From an uncultured Chloroflexia bacterium (GTDB taxonomy: Bacteria > Chloroflexota > Limnocylindria > Limnocylindrales > CSP1-4), in contig CAVVYR010000032.1 of the NCBI GenBank assembly GCA_963752475.1, positions 1 through 64,000 of the forward strand: a stretch of DNA of 64,000 nt, read 5' to 3'. Each line of letters starts with the position of its first letter. Within the stretch, counting starts at the first letter, position 1. A program made the position numbers and the translations under genes. Positions 29,090 to 39,335 of the stretch are shown piece after piece. Below the pieces are notes generated by a model. That model had not been told where the DNA came from and searched no databases. It worked only from the letters and a program-made list of their open reading frames with translations.

Positions 29090-30232
29090 TCAGGCCTTGC
29101 GCCGGAAGCGCGGGTTGGTCTCCGCGACCGGCACGCGCGTCACCAGCAAGCCAGCCGCGACCGAGGCGATCACGAAGAGCCAGAAGGCTCCATCGATGCC
29201 CACGAGATCGGAGCTGGTGCCGATGATGGCCGGGCTGAGCATGAAGGCGAAGGTCAGGGCGGTGAACACCGCGGTCAGGGAGGGACCAGCGGGTGGGATG
29301 CGCCCGGCCGCGCCGAAGATCTGGGGGATCGGGTTGGCCAGGCCGATGCCGGCCACGAAGAGCCCGAGCAGGGCGATGGCAGGCTCGGCCACGATGAGGA
29401 AGGCGGCGATGGCGGCGGCCGCGAGGTACATGCCCCACTCGGTCAGCCTGATCGAACCGAAGCGGTCCTTGGCCCAGTCGCCGCCGATGCGCCCGAAGAA
29501 GAGTCCGGCCGACAGAGCCGCGTAGGCCAGGGCAGCGAACGATGCGCTGGCGGCGATGCCCTCGTCGAGATAGACGCCGCTCCAGTCGGTCAGGCCGCCC
29601 TCCACGAAGGCGACGAGCGCGATGAGGGCGGCCAGGGGCAGCACAGCGCGCGAGGGCTTGTGGAGCCCGGTCGCCCCCACGGTCCTGATCGAACCGATGC
29701 CCAGCGACCTGGCCGCCAGCAGTGCCACCAGCCACAGTGCGACAGCGGCCACGACCGCCTCGACGACCGGCTCGACCCCGGCGGCGAGGGCCAGCGCGAT
29801 GCCCACCGCGCCGACGACACCACCCAGCGACCAGCCGGCATGCAGTCGGGACATGATGGACGTCCCCCCGCTGTCTTCAAGGGCCACGCCGTGCGCATTC
29901 ATGGACACATCCATGGTGCTGTTGACGTAGCCGAAGACGAAGAGGGCGGCTGCCAACAGCGGCAGGCTCGGCGCTGCCAGCGGCAGGATGACCAGCCACG
30001 GGAAGATGAGCGAGGACGCCGTGAGGATGCGCCGGCTGGACACCCGCACGAGCAGCTGGCCGGTCACCTGCTGCGAGATCAGGGCCCCCAAGGGTGCGAA
30101 CAACAGCGCCAGGCCGAACTCGCCGCCGCTGGCACCGAGTCCGTCCTTCACCGTTGGGATCGTCGCCACCCACGTGCCCATGACGACACCGTGGACGAGG
30201 AAGGCGAGGAAGGTGGCCACGCGTGGGCTCAT
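29090..30232 (-). CDS. MFS transporter
   Basis: Multi-TM; DVSMNAHG...HAGWSLG, EGGLTDWS. Confidence 0.88.
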   Translation of the reverse strand: MSPRVATFLAFLVHGVVMGTWVATIPTVKDGLGASGGEFGLALLFAPLGALISQQVTGQLLVRVSSRRILTASSLIFPWLVILPLAAPSLPLLAAALFVFGYVNSTMDVSMNAHGVALEDSGGTSIMSRLHAGWSLGGVVGAVGIALALAAGVEPVVEAVVAAVALWLVALLAARSLGIGSIRTVGATGLHKPSRAVLPLAALIALVAFVEGGLTDWSGVYLDEGIAASASFAALAYAALSAGLFFGRIGGDWAKDRFGSIRLTEWGMYLAAAAIAAFLIVAEPAIALLGLFVAGIGLANPIPQIFGAAGRIPPAGPSLTAVFTALTFAFMLSPAIIGTSSDLVGIDGAFWLFVIASVAAGLLVTRVPVAETNPRFRRKA

Positions 30233-30278
30233 CCGGCGGAGGTCCGTCGCGCGGGGGCTGCGCCGTATCGGCGCGGGG

Positions 30279-30758
30279 TCACTTGCCAGCCTTGAACGGG
30301 TAGAGCACCCAGTCGTTGGTCTCGACGATGAAATGGTCGGGCACGATGTCCACTCGCGACTTGCCCGGCTTGTAGTGCAGTACCGCCGTCACCGGCGTGC
30401 CACCAGCGGCGCGGATGCGCTTGGAGACCGCGGCGATGGTCGTGCCACTGTCCCAGACCTCATCGATGACGAGCACGGTCCTGCCCACGATCTGGTCATC
30501 GGAGGGGAACTGCAGGAAGTCGGCCTTGCCTCGGAACCCGCTCTCGTCGTCATAGGCCACCACGGCCGCGAGCAGCATGTCGCGCCAACCCATGCGATAG
30601 CCGAGCATGCCCGCGGGTACCAGACCGCCACGCGAGATGGCCAGCACCACGTCCGGCTCGGGGGCCGCTCGGAGGCGCACGGCGAGCTCGGCCACGAGTC
30701 GGTCGAGGTCAGCCCAGGTGACGTTGATCTTGACGGGTTCGACGGAGGTTTCGGGCAT
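30279..30758 (-). CDS. Purine (xanthine/guanine-like) phosphoribosyltransferase
   Basis: AISRGGLVP, PRPP loop VLVIDEVWDSGTT, WVLYPF. Confidence 0.88.
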   Translation of the reverse strand: MPETSVEPVKINVTWADLDRLVAELAVRLRAAPEPDVVLAISRGGLVPAGMLGYRMGWRDMLLAAVVAYDDESGFRGKADFLQFPSDDQIVGRTVLVIDEVWDSGTTIAAVSKRIRAAGGTPVTAVLHYKPGKSRVDIVPDHFIVETNDWVLYPFKAGK

Positions 30759-30839
30759 GTCGGCAGCGTACACGTCGGTGCCCTCGCCCGTGGACGCCAA
30801 GAGGGAGATTGAGCCCTATCGAAGAGGGGGCTGAGTGAG

Positions 30840-31325
30840 ATGACCTCGCGTATCGCTCCGCTCCGAGGGTCACGCCTGACACGGAGCCTCCTGGCCGCAA
30901 TGTCACTCTCACTGGTGGCATCCGTGACGATGGCACCCGGGCCGGCCACGGATGAGTTCGAGGGCGCCCTGCGCATCGCGGCCTCCTACCACCGCGAGCT
31001 GTCCGGCCTGCCGGCCAGGTACATCGACCAGCCCGAGACGGCGACAGACGAGTTCGAACGCCTGACGGCGGCGGCGACGGAAGCGCAGTACGAGGTCGCC
31101 ATCGAGCCCTGCTTCGCGCGCTGGTGGGCCTACGAGTACATGGGTCTCGAGCTTGCGGCGCTCTCGCTCGAGCTGCGTCGGACCCACGAGGGGTACGCCG
31201 AGACGGCCGACACCCTCGAGCGGCTGGGGGCGCGGATGTGGAGCGACGCCATGAGCCTGCTGCCCGACGCGGCCTCCGCCTGCGGTCTCGAGCAGCGCCC
31301 ATCACTCCGGCTCAGCTTGCCCTAG
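30840..31325 (+). CDS. Hypothetical exported protein
   Basis: Signal-like N-terminus, helical body; no family recognised. Confidence 0.5.
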   Translation: MTSRIAPLRGSRLTRSLLAAMSLSLVASVTMAPGPATDEFEGALRIAASYHRELSGLPARYIDQPETATDEFERLTAAATEAQYEVAIEPCFARWWAYEYMGLELAALSLELRRTHEGYAETADTLERLGARMWSDAMSLLPDAASACGLEQRPSLRLSLP

Positions 31326-31450
31326 AACGGGTCCATCGTTCCCCACCGGGGACCCTGCTCTACCATGAGCCCGACACCGGTTCCGGTGGCGACCGCTGCG
31401 GCGCGCCGTGGCCCCGACCTTGAGATTGCGTACGCCTGAGGAGGCATGAC

Positions 31451-31978
31451 ATGGCATTCGGACCGCTTCAGATCTTCACCTTCGGCTTTGATGACACCTC
31501 CCGCTTCGAAGGCCGCATCGCCGAGGAGCTCATCAAGCTCAGCGATGCCGGCACCATCCGCATCATCGACGCCCTCGCGGTCGTGGCCGAGGGCGATGAG
31601 GTCGAGATCCTCCGCGTCTCCGATCTCGACGACGAGCAGCGCACCGAGCTGGGCATGGAGATGGGCGCGCTCATGGGGCTCGGCATGGCCGGTCTCGAGG
31701 GCATGATCGAGGGTGCTGCGGCCGGCGCGGCGATCGTCGAAGAAGGCGGACTCGGCGTGGTCGAGGCCATCGGTGAGGAGTTCATCGAGAACCTGCCCGA
31801 TGGCGCAGCCGCGCTGCTGTTGATCATCGAGCACGCCTGGGCCGTGCCGCTTCGTGAGGCGGTCGCCGACGCCGGCGGCCTGCTCCTCGGCAACCAGTGG
31901 ATCGGCGCGCAGGACCTCGTCGAGCTGGGCCTGGCGCTGGGCATCGCGGCCGAGCAGGAAGCGGAGTCGAAGGACTAG
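31451..31978 (+). CDS. DUF6325/DUF1269-like protein
   Basis: GPLQI...GTIRIID...EHAWA; SD GAGGAGG. Confidence 0.75.
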   Translation: MAFGPLQIFTFGFDDTSRFEGRIAEELIKLSDAGTIRIIDALAVVAEGDEVEILRVSDLDDEQRTELGMEMGALMGLGMAGLEGMIEGAAAGAAIVEEGGLGVVEAIGEEFIENLPDGAAALLLIIEHAWAVPLREAVADAGGLLLGNQWIGAQDLVELGLALGIAAEQEAESKD

Positions 31979-32105
31979 CCGCTCACATCCGGCCGGAACG
32001 CCCGGACCCTCCGGGCAGCGGACCGAGTTGTCGTCTCGCGCACGGGATCGACGCCTCGGTCCGACCGCATCTGCGACGCCGGTACACTCCGGCGAGGAGG
32101 TGACG

Positions 32106-32951
32106 ATGTCCTTGAAGTGGGACGGAAGAGAGTGCTGGGCCGTCGTGCTCGGCGCAAGCAGCGGCTTCGGTGCCGCGGCCGCCAAGGCCTGGGCCAGGGC
32201 CGGTTTCGGGGTCATCGGCGTCCATCTCGACATGCGCGCGACCAGAGCCGATGCGGAAGCTGTGCGCGACGAGATCGCCGCGCTCGGTGTGCCGGTCCAC
32301 TTCTTCAACACCAACGCCGCCGACGACGGCAAGCGCGAGAAGACCATCGCCGCACTGAGCGAGGTCTTCGATGAGCGACGAGCAGCCGGAGAGCAGCCGA
32401 TGGTGGGCGCGATGCTCCACTCGCTGGCCTTCGGGGCGACCCTCCACTACATCACCGACGATGAGGACCGCAAGGAGCTGTCGCGCAAGCAGATGGAGAT
32501 GACGCTCGACGTCATGGCCCATTCCTTGCTCTACTGGACGCGCGACCTCTATCACGCGGACATGCTGCAGCGTGGCTCTCGCGTCTACGCCATGTCCAGC
32601 GAGGGCGCCATCCTGGCCGTGCCCACGTACGGCGCGGTGAGCACTGCCAAGGCCGCTCTCGAGGCCCACGTCCGGCAGCTGGCCCTCGAACTGGCGCAGG
32701 CCGGCATCACCGTCAACGCCATCCGCGCTGGGGTCACCGACACGCCTGCGCTGCGACGCATCCCCGGCTGGCGACAGCTCGTGGAAGCGGCCGAAGCGCG
32801 CAATCCCAACGGTCGCCTGACCACGCCTGAGGACGTGGCCGACGCCTTGACGGTGCTGGCCACGCCGCAGACGCACTGGATGACGGGCAACGTCATCGGC
32901 GTCGACGGCGGCGAGGTCATGGGCACCAGGGAGTCGGCCGACATCCCGTAA
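32106..32951 (+). CDS. Enoyl-ACP reductase-like SDR (FabL-like)
   Basis: LGASSGFG, HSLAFG, SSEG..YGAVSTAKAALE, GVTDTPAL. Confidence 0.8.
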   Translation: MSLKWDGRECWAVVLGASSGFGAAAAKAWARAGFGVIGVHLDMRATRADAEAVRDEIAALGVPVHFFNTNAADDGKREKTIAALSEVFDERRAAGEQPMVGAMLHSLAFGATLHYITDDEDRKELSRKQMEMTLDVMAHSLLYWTRDLYHADMLQRGSRVYAMSSEGAILAVPTYGAVSTAKAALEAHVRQLALELAQAGITVNAIRAGVTDTPALRRIPGWRQLVEAAEARNPNGRLTTPEDVADALTVLATPQTHWMTGNVIGVDGGEVMGTRESADIP

Positions 32952-32963
32952 GGGGGCGAACGA

Positions 32964-35774
32964 GTGAGCGAAGAGCAGGCAGCGCGCAGCACCAGGTCCG
33001 AGCGGGTCAATCCGGCCGTGGAGGCGGAACCGGCCGGCATCGGCTCGTCGAGCGCGCCCAATTCGCTTTCGCGCGAGGTCCGGCTGCTGGGCTCGCTGCT
33101 GGGTCAGGTCATCGCCGAGCAGGCCGGCGAGGAGATCCTCGAGATCGTCGAGCGGGTGCGCAAGCTGACCATCGACATCCGCAAGAACCCCTCCGCCACG
33201 CGGAAGCTGGGCTTGCGACAGATCATCGAAGAGCTCCCGCAGGAGCAGCTCGAGCCGGTCATCAAGTCGTTCAGCCTCTATTTCCACCTCACCAACCTGG
33301 CCGAGGAGAAGCACCGGGTCCGGCGGGTGCGCAAGCGCGCCCGCACGACCCCTGGCGGCCAGGAGGGCTCGATCGAGGCGGCCGTGCGCAAGATGCTCGA
33401 CGAGGATGAGCCTGACGACATCCGCGAGTTGCTCGACTCGCTCTCGATCGGCCTGGTGCTGACGGCACACCCGACGGAGGCTCGGCGGCGAACGGTACTG
33501 GTGGCACTGCGCCGGACGTTCGACCTCATCGACCGCCTCGATGACCCGCGGCTCACGCCGAACGAGGACTTCGAGATCCGGCGGCGACTGCGCGAGGAGA
33601 TCTCGTTGCTTTGGCGAACGAGCTTCCTGCGCACCGAGCGGCCGAGGGTCATGGACGAGGTCCGAACGGCCCTGCTCTTCTTCGACGAGACGCTGTTCCG
33701 GGTCACGCCGTACGTCTATCGCACGGTCGACCGCGTGCTGGACCTCGCGCCCTGGACGGGCGAGGGCGCTGCCGAGAATGGCTCCGGGCCGGCTTCGGAT
33801 ACCGGACACACGGGTACGCGCCCACCAGCCATCAGGCCCTTCCTGCACTGGGGCTCATGGGTCGGGGCGGATCGCGACGGCCACCCGCGCGTGACTGCGG
33901 CCATCACCCGGGAGGCCGCGGCCACCGGCGCCGATCACGTCCTTCGCGGGTTGGAGGCTGTGGCCACACGCCTGCTGCACACGGTCACACCGACCCACCT
34001 GGTCGACGACGTCTCGCCCTACATCAACTCGCGGCTCGAGCTGGACCGCGATGAGCTGGGCAACGCCTTCGATGACCTCGTCGAGCACTATCCCGGAGAG
34101 CCCTATCGCCAGCGCTTCGGCTCGATCGCCGAGCGGCTGCGACAGACGCGCCACCACCTGGTCAACGGCCGTGGCCTGGGCGCCGGCTACGACTCCCCGG
34201 ATGACCTCCTGACCGAGATCGACGAGCTGCAGAGGGCGCTCATCGAGGACGATATGGCGCGCGTGGCCTACGGCGAGGTCCAGAACTTCCGCTGGCAGGT
34301 GGAGACGTTCGGGTTCCACGCGTTCTCGCTGGAAGTGCGTCAGCACAGCGAGGTGCACGAAGCCACGCTCGAGGCGTTGCGCGATGGCGTCGTGCTCGGT
34401 GAGCGGGAAGTCACCAACGGCGTGACCGCGGCGGAGGTCCTCGAGACCTACCGCGCCATCGCCGACATCCAGGAGCGCTTCGGCCCCCAGGCGTGCCACC
34501 GGCACGTCATCAGCTTCACGCGCCAGGCGCAGGACGTCTACAACGTGCTCGAGCTGGCCGACTACGCCGGACTCGCGCGCGACGCCATCGACGTCGTGCC
34601 CCTGCTCGAAACGGCAGACGCGCTCGACGGCGCCGACAGGCTGCTCGACGATATCCTTAGCGATGCTACCTATCGTGAGCACGTGCGCGCGCGTGGCGAT
34701 CACCAGGAGGTCATGCTCGGCTACTCCGACTCGACCAAGGAGTCGGGCGCGATGGCCGCAGCTTGGCTGCTGCACAACGCAGAGACCAAGCTCGTGGCCG
34801 CGGCCAAACGGCACGGCATCCGCCTGACGCTGTTCCACGGCCGTGGCGGGGCCATCGGTCGCGGCGGCGGCCCGATGAACCGGGCCATCATGTCCAGTGC
34901 CCCGCACTCGCTCGATGGCACGCTCAAGATCACCGAGCAGGGCGAAGTCGTGGCTGACCGCTACGCCAACTTCGATATCGCCATGCGCCACCTGGCGCAG
35001 TTGACGAATGCCGTGCTCATCGCCTCGTCGCCGGGGCACGAGCAAGAGGCAGAGGAGGCACAGGCGCGGGGTAAGACGATCTTCGCCGAGCTGGCCGAAC
35101 GCTCGGCGCAGGTGTACCAGTCGCTCGTCTGGCAGGACCCCACGTTCGAGGCCTACTACGTGGCGGCGACACCCATCGGCGAACTCTCACGGCTGGCCAT
35201 GGGCTCGCGGCCAGCCGCACGCGGCGGTGGTGCCGTGTCGCTGGACAAGCTGCGCGCGATCCCGTGGGTCTTCTCGTGGGCACAAGCACGTCTGTTCCTG
35301 CCGGCCTGGTACGGCATGGGCACCGCGGTCGAGGCCTTCGAAGCGGAGCAAGGTGCCGGCGCGACCGGATCGCTGCAGGCCCTCTATCGCGAATCGCCCT
35401 TCCTCACGGGCGTCATCGACGTCATGGAGATGGCGCTGGCCAAGGTCGATCTCTCGGTGGCCGAACGCTACGCCGGCCTGGCCCCCAAGCCCGATGCCGA
35501 CCGCATCTGGGAGATGATCCGATCCGAGTACGAGCGCACCGTGGCTGCGGTCCTGCGCATCTGCGGCCGCGAGAGGCTGCTCGATGCCGCACCCGCGTTG
35601 CAGCGCTCGATCCAGCTACGCAACCCGTACGTCGACTCGCTGTCCGAGCTGCAAGTGATGCTGCTCGGCCGCCTGCGCGCGATGCCGGAGGATGACCCTG
35701 GCCGCGAAGAGCTGCGGCGCCTCGTACAGCTCACCGTCAGCGGCGTGGCCGCCGGCCTGCAGAACACCGGCTAG
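32964..35774 (+). CDS. ppc: Phosphoenolpyruvate carboxylase
   Basis: VLTAHPTE, QEVMLGYSDS, FHGRGGAIGRGGG, LRAIPWVF, C-terminal LQNTG. Confidence 0.97.
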   Translation: MSEEQAARSTRSERVNPAVEAEPAGIGSSSAPNSLSREVRLLGSLLGQVIAEQAGEEILEIVERVRKLTIDIRKNPSATRKLGLRQIIEELPQEQLEPVIKSFSLYFHLTNLAEEKHRVRRVRKRARTTPGGQEGSIEAAVRKMLDEDEPDDIRELLDSLSIGLVLTAHPTEARRRTVLVALRRTFDLIDRLDDPRLTPNEDFEIRRRLREEISLLWRTSFLRTERPRVMDEVRTALLFFDETLFRVTPYVYRTVDRVLDLAPWTGEGAAENGSGPASDTGHTGTRPPAIRPFLHWGSWVGADRDGHPRVTAAITREAAATGADHVLRGLEAVATRLLHTVTPTHLVDDVSPYINSRLELDRDELGNAFDDLVEHYPGEPYRQRFGSIAERLRQTRHHLVNGRGLGAGYDSPDDLLTEIDELQRALIEDDMARVAYGEVQNFRWQVETFGFHAFSLEVRQHSEVHEATLEALRDGVVLGEREVTNGVTAAEVLETYRAIADIQERFGPQACHRHVISFTRQAQDVYNVLELADYAGLARDAIDVVPLLETADALDGADRLLDDILSDATYREHVRARGDHQEVMLGYSDSTKESGAMAAAWLLHNAETKLVAAAKRHGIRLTLFHGRGGAIGRGGGPMNRAIMSSAPHSLDGTLKITEQGEVVADRYANFDIAMRHLAQLTNAVLIASSPGHEQEAEEAQARGKTIFAELAERSAQVYQSLVWQDPTFEAYYVAATPIGELSRLAMGSRPAARGGGAVSLDKLRAIPWVFSWAQARLFLPAWYGMGTAVEAFEAEQGAGATGSLQALYRESPFLTGVIDVMEMALAKVDLSVAERYAGLAPKPDADRIWEMIRSEYERTVAAVLRICGRERLLDAAPALQRSIQLRNPYVDSLSELQVMLLGRLRAMPEDDPGREELRRLVQLTVSGVAAGLQNTG

Positions 35775-35964
35775 CGACGAGCCGCTGCTGATCGACCCTC
35801 GCCGGCATCTGTCCCCTCGCCGGCGTGTATCCCCTTGGGGAGGCTCCATCGACCGTGGAGGTGGCCGCCTGGGAGGCACAACGAGCAGGGCATGGCCGGC
35901 GCCGAAGTAGCTGTAAGGCCCTGATCGGCAGTGCCCTCTGGCCTGTTCGGGCGTTTGCAGCGGT

Positions 35965-36010
35965 TGCTATAGTAGGCAGGCACTAGAAAGTAAACGTAAG
36001 CACTCGCAAG
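35965..36010 (+). promoter_or_regulatory. Extended -10 promoter followed by three 10-bp-period repeats (candidate DeoR operator)
   Basis: TGC-TATAGT, then CACTAGAAAG / TAAACGTAAG / CACTCGCAAG. Confidence 0.55.
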
Positions 36011-36052
36011 TCCCCAGTGAGTGCCGGCGGCCTTGGGAGGAGAGCGACCCGC

Positions 36053-37259
36053 ATGGCGGCGACAGGCCCGCGACTGACCTTCAACACGCACTTGCACGTG
36101 CCCCCGAACTTCTCGGCCTTCACCACCGTGGAAGATGCCGTGGAGACCTCGGCGCGGGAAGGCGTGAAGGTCATCGGCACATCCAACTTCCACAGCTTCG
36201 GCGTCTACGACCGCTTCGATGCGGCCGCGCGTGCCAACGGCCTCAAGGCCCTCTTCGGCCTCGAGTTCATCTCCGTCATGGACGAAGCCATGCGCGCGGA
36301 CATGACCGTCAACGACCCGGCCAACCCCGGCCGCGCCTACATCTGCGGCAAGGGCATCCCCGACCCGTCCGATCCCGGCGCCGCAGCCGTTTCCTTCATG
36401 GCCGAGGCCAAGGTCGCCAACGAAGGCCGCCACACGAAGATGGTCGACCTCACGCGCGAGCTGTACGCCCAGGCCGGCCTCGAGGTCGACGTCACCTACG
36501 AGTCGATCGTGGCCCTCGTCTGCGAGCGCGCCAAGGTCCCCGCGGATTGGGTCATCCTGCAGGAACGCCACGTCGCCCTCGGTTTCCAGGAGGCCCTCTT
36601 CGGGGCGCTCCCGGCCGAAGAGCGCCCCGCCTTCCTCGAGCGGCTCTACGGCCAGCCGGCCAAGGCCGCCCCTGACGATGTCGTCGGCACCCAGGGCGAG
36701 CTGCGCTCCAAGCTGATGAAGGCCGGCTGCCCCGCCTTCGTGGACGAAACGCCGGTCCCGTTCGAGGACGCGGTCGACTTCATCCGCGGCACCGGCGCCA
36801 TCGTCATCTACCCCACCGTCGCCGACGGCGCCGAACCCCATCTGCGGCTACGAGGATCCCGTCGGTGACCTCGTGACCCGGCTCGGCGAGCGCCACATCT
36901 ACGGCGCCGAGCTGGTCACGGTGCGCAACACGCCCGAGTGCGTCGACCGCTACGTCAAGGCCTGGCGCGACGCGGGCATCTTCGTCACCGCCGGCACCGA
37001 GCACAACACGCTCGACCGCATCCCGGTCGACCCCACCTGCGTCAACGACATCCCCATCAGCGAAGCCTCGCGCGACATCTTCTGGGAGGGCGTCTGCGTC
37101 GTCGCCGCCCACCAGCACCTGAAGCAGCAGGGCGAGGCCGGCTACGTCGACGAGGCCGGCGCGCTCAACCCTGGCTTCCCCGACGCCGAGACCCGCATCC
37201 GCTACTTCGCCGAGATGGGCGCCGAGCTCATCTACGAAGCCACAGGAACCGCCCGATGA
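36053..37259 (+). CDS. PHP-domain metallo-phosphoesterase-like protein, frameshift at about 36838
   Basis: NTHLHVPPNFS, TSNFH, GLEFI, RHVA, AGTEHNT; removing one C in CCCC joins 36017..36868 with 36873..37259. Confidence 0.8.
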
Positions 37260-39335
37260 CCGACCTCGCGACCCTCCGGGTCCTCCCGCTCGACCACCAG
37301 CTGCTGACGCGATGCGGTCGAGATGTCCCAGCGCTTCGGGCGCGACCCCGAGTACACCCGCGGTGGCGGTGGCAACTCGTCGGTCAAGGCCGATGGCATC
37401 GTCTACATCAAGCCCAGCGGCGTCTCGCTCGCGGCCATCGAAGCCGAGGACCTGGTCCCGCTCGCGACCGCTCCCCTCCTCGACCTGCTGCTCAACGGTG
37501 GTGCCGAGGACGATGAGGCCCGCATCCCAGGCGCCCCCGATCCCGTCATGCGCGCCGCGGCCAAGGTACGCATGGGTGAGGCCAAGGGCCGGCGCCCGTC
37601 CGTGGAGCTGATGTTCCACTCGCTGCTGCCCGAGACGTTCGTGCTGCACACGCACGCCATCGTGCCCAACGCCGTCACCTGCAACCTGCAGGGCGAGGCC
37701 GTCATGACCGATCTCTTCGGTGACGAGGCCCTGTGGGTGCCCTACACCGATCCGGGCCTTCCCCTGGCACGCACGATCCACGAGCTGCGCGAGGCGCACG
37801 TGGCCCGCACCGGCGGCCCTGCCCCGCGCATCACCTTCATGGGCGACCACGGCATCATCGTCTCGGCCGACACGATCGCCGAGATCGCCGAGCTCAACGA
37901 ACACATCATGGGCACGGTCTCGGGCGCTCTCGAACGTGCCGGGGTCACCGTCGGCAGCAGCGGCCGCGCTGCCGCTCGCATCGCCGCCGACGAAGCCAAG
38001 GCCGCGGAGCTGACCCAGACCATCGCGCCCACGCTGCGCGGCCTGCTCTCCGACGCCGGCGAACCACTCAAACTCGTGACCTACGACCCCGCTCCCGCCG
38101 CGGCCGAGTATCTCGAGTCCGAAGATGGCCGATCGGCCGTCCTCGGCGGCGCCATGACGCCCGACCAGATCGTCTACTCCGGCTCCTTCCCGCTGCTCTT
38201 CGACCCACCCGCGGATGTCGAGCCCGAAGCGGCACCGGAGCTCCTCGAAGAAGCGCTCGAGACACACGTGGAGCAGCACGGCACCAAGCCCATCGTCACG
38301 GTCGTGCCCGGCCTGGGCATCTTCGCTGCCGGCGACTCGTGGAAGGGCGTGGACACCGCCCGCGACGTCTACCTCGACTGTCTGCGCGTGTACGAGGGTG
38401 CCGACGCACTCGGACGCGTGCGCGCGCTGAACGACGAGGAGCGTGGCTTCATCGAGCATTGGGAAGTCGAGTCGTACCGCAAGAACGCGGCCGCCCTCCA
38501 GGGCGCTCAGGGTCGCTTCGCGGGCAAGGTCGCGCTGGTCACCGGCGCGGCGCAGGGCTTCGGCCTCGGTATCGCCCAGGGGCTCGCGCGCGAGGGCGGC
38601 ACGGTCGTCCTGGCCGACCTCCAGGCCGAGCAGGCAGCTACCGAAGCCGCGGCCATCGAGACCGAGCACGGCCCCGGCCGAGCCTGGTCAGTGGCCGTCA
38701 ACGTGACCGACGAGGATTCGGTCAAGGACGCCGTGGCCCAGGTCGTCGAGCGCTACGGCGGGCTCGACCTCTTCGTCAGCAACGCGGGTGTGCTCCGCGC
38801 CGGCGGTGTGACCGAGCAGCCCGTGGCCGACTTCGACTTCGTGACCTCGGTCAACTACCGCGGCTACTTCCTCGGCGTCCGCGCCGTGGCCCCGGTCCTG
38901 GCGGCCCAGCACGCGGCCCGGCCGGACATCCTGTGCGACATCGTCGAGATCAACTCCAAGTCCGGTCTCGTGGGCAGCAAGCGCAACTTCGCCTACGCCG
39001 GCTCCAAGTTCGGCGGCGTGGGCCTGACCCAGTCGTTCGCGCTCGAGCTGGTCGAGGACGGCATCAAGGTCAACGCCGTCTGCCCCGGCAACTACTACGA
39101 GGGCCCGCTGTGGTCCGATCCCGAGAACGGGCTCTTCGTGCAGTACCTGCGGGAAGGCAAGATCCCCGGCGCCACGTCCATCGACGAGGTCCGCGCCGCC
39201 TACGAAGCCAAGGTCCCGATGGGACGCGGCTGCACCCCCGATGACGTGGTCGAGGCCATCCTCTACCTCGTCTCCCAGCGATACGAGACCGGGCAGGCAC
39301 TGCCGGTCACCGGAGGCCAGGTGATGCTGTCATGA
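37256..39335 (+). CDS. Class II aldolase-SDR fusion (SDR half SrlD-like); 5' frameshift at about 37305
   Basis: GGGGNSSVK, PSVE..FH, HTH, DHG; TGAAQGFG, INSKSG, YAGSKFGG; likely ATGA-coupled start at 37256. Confidence 0.88.
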
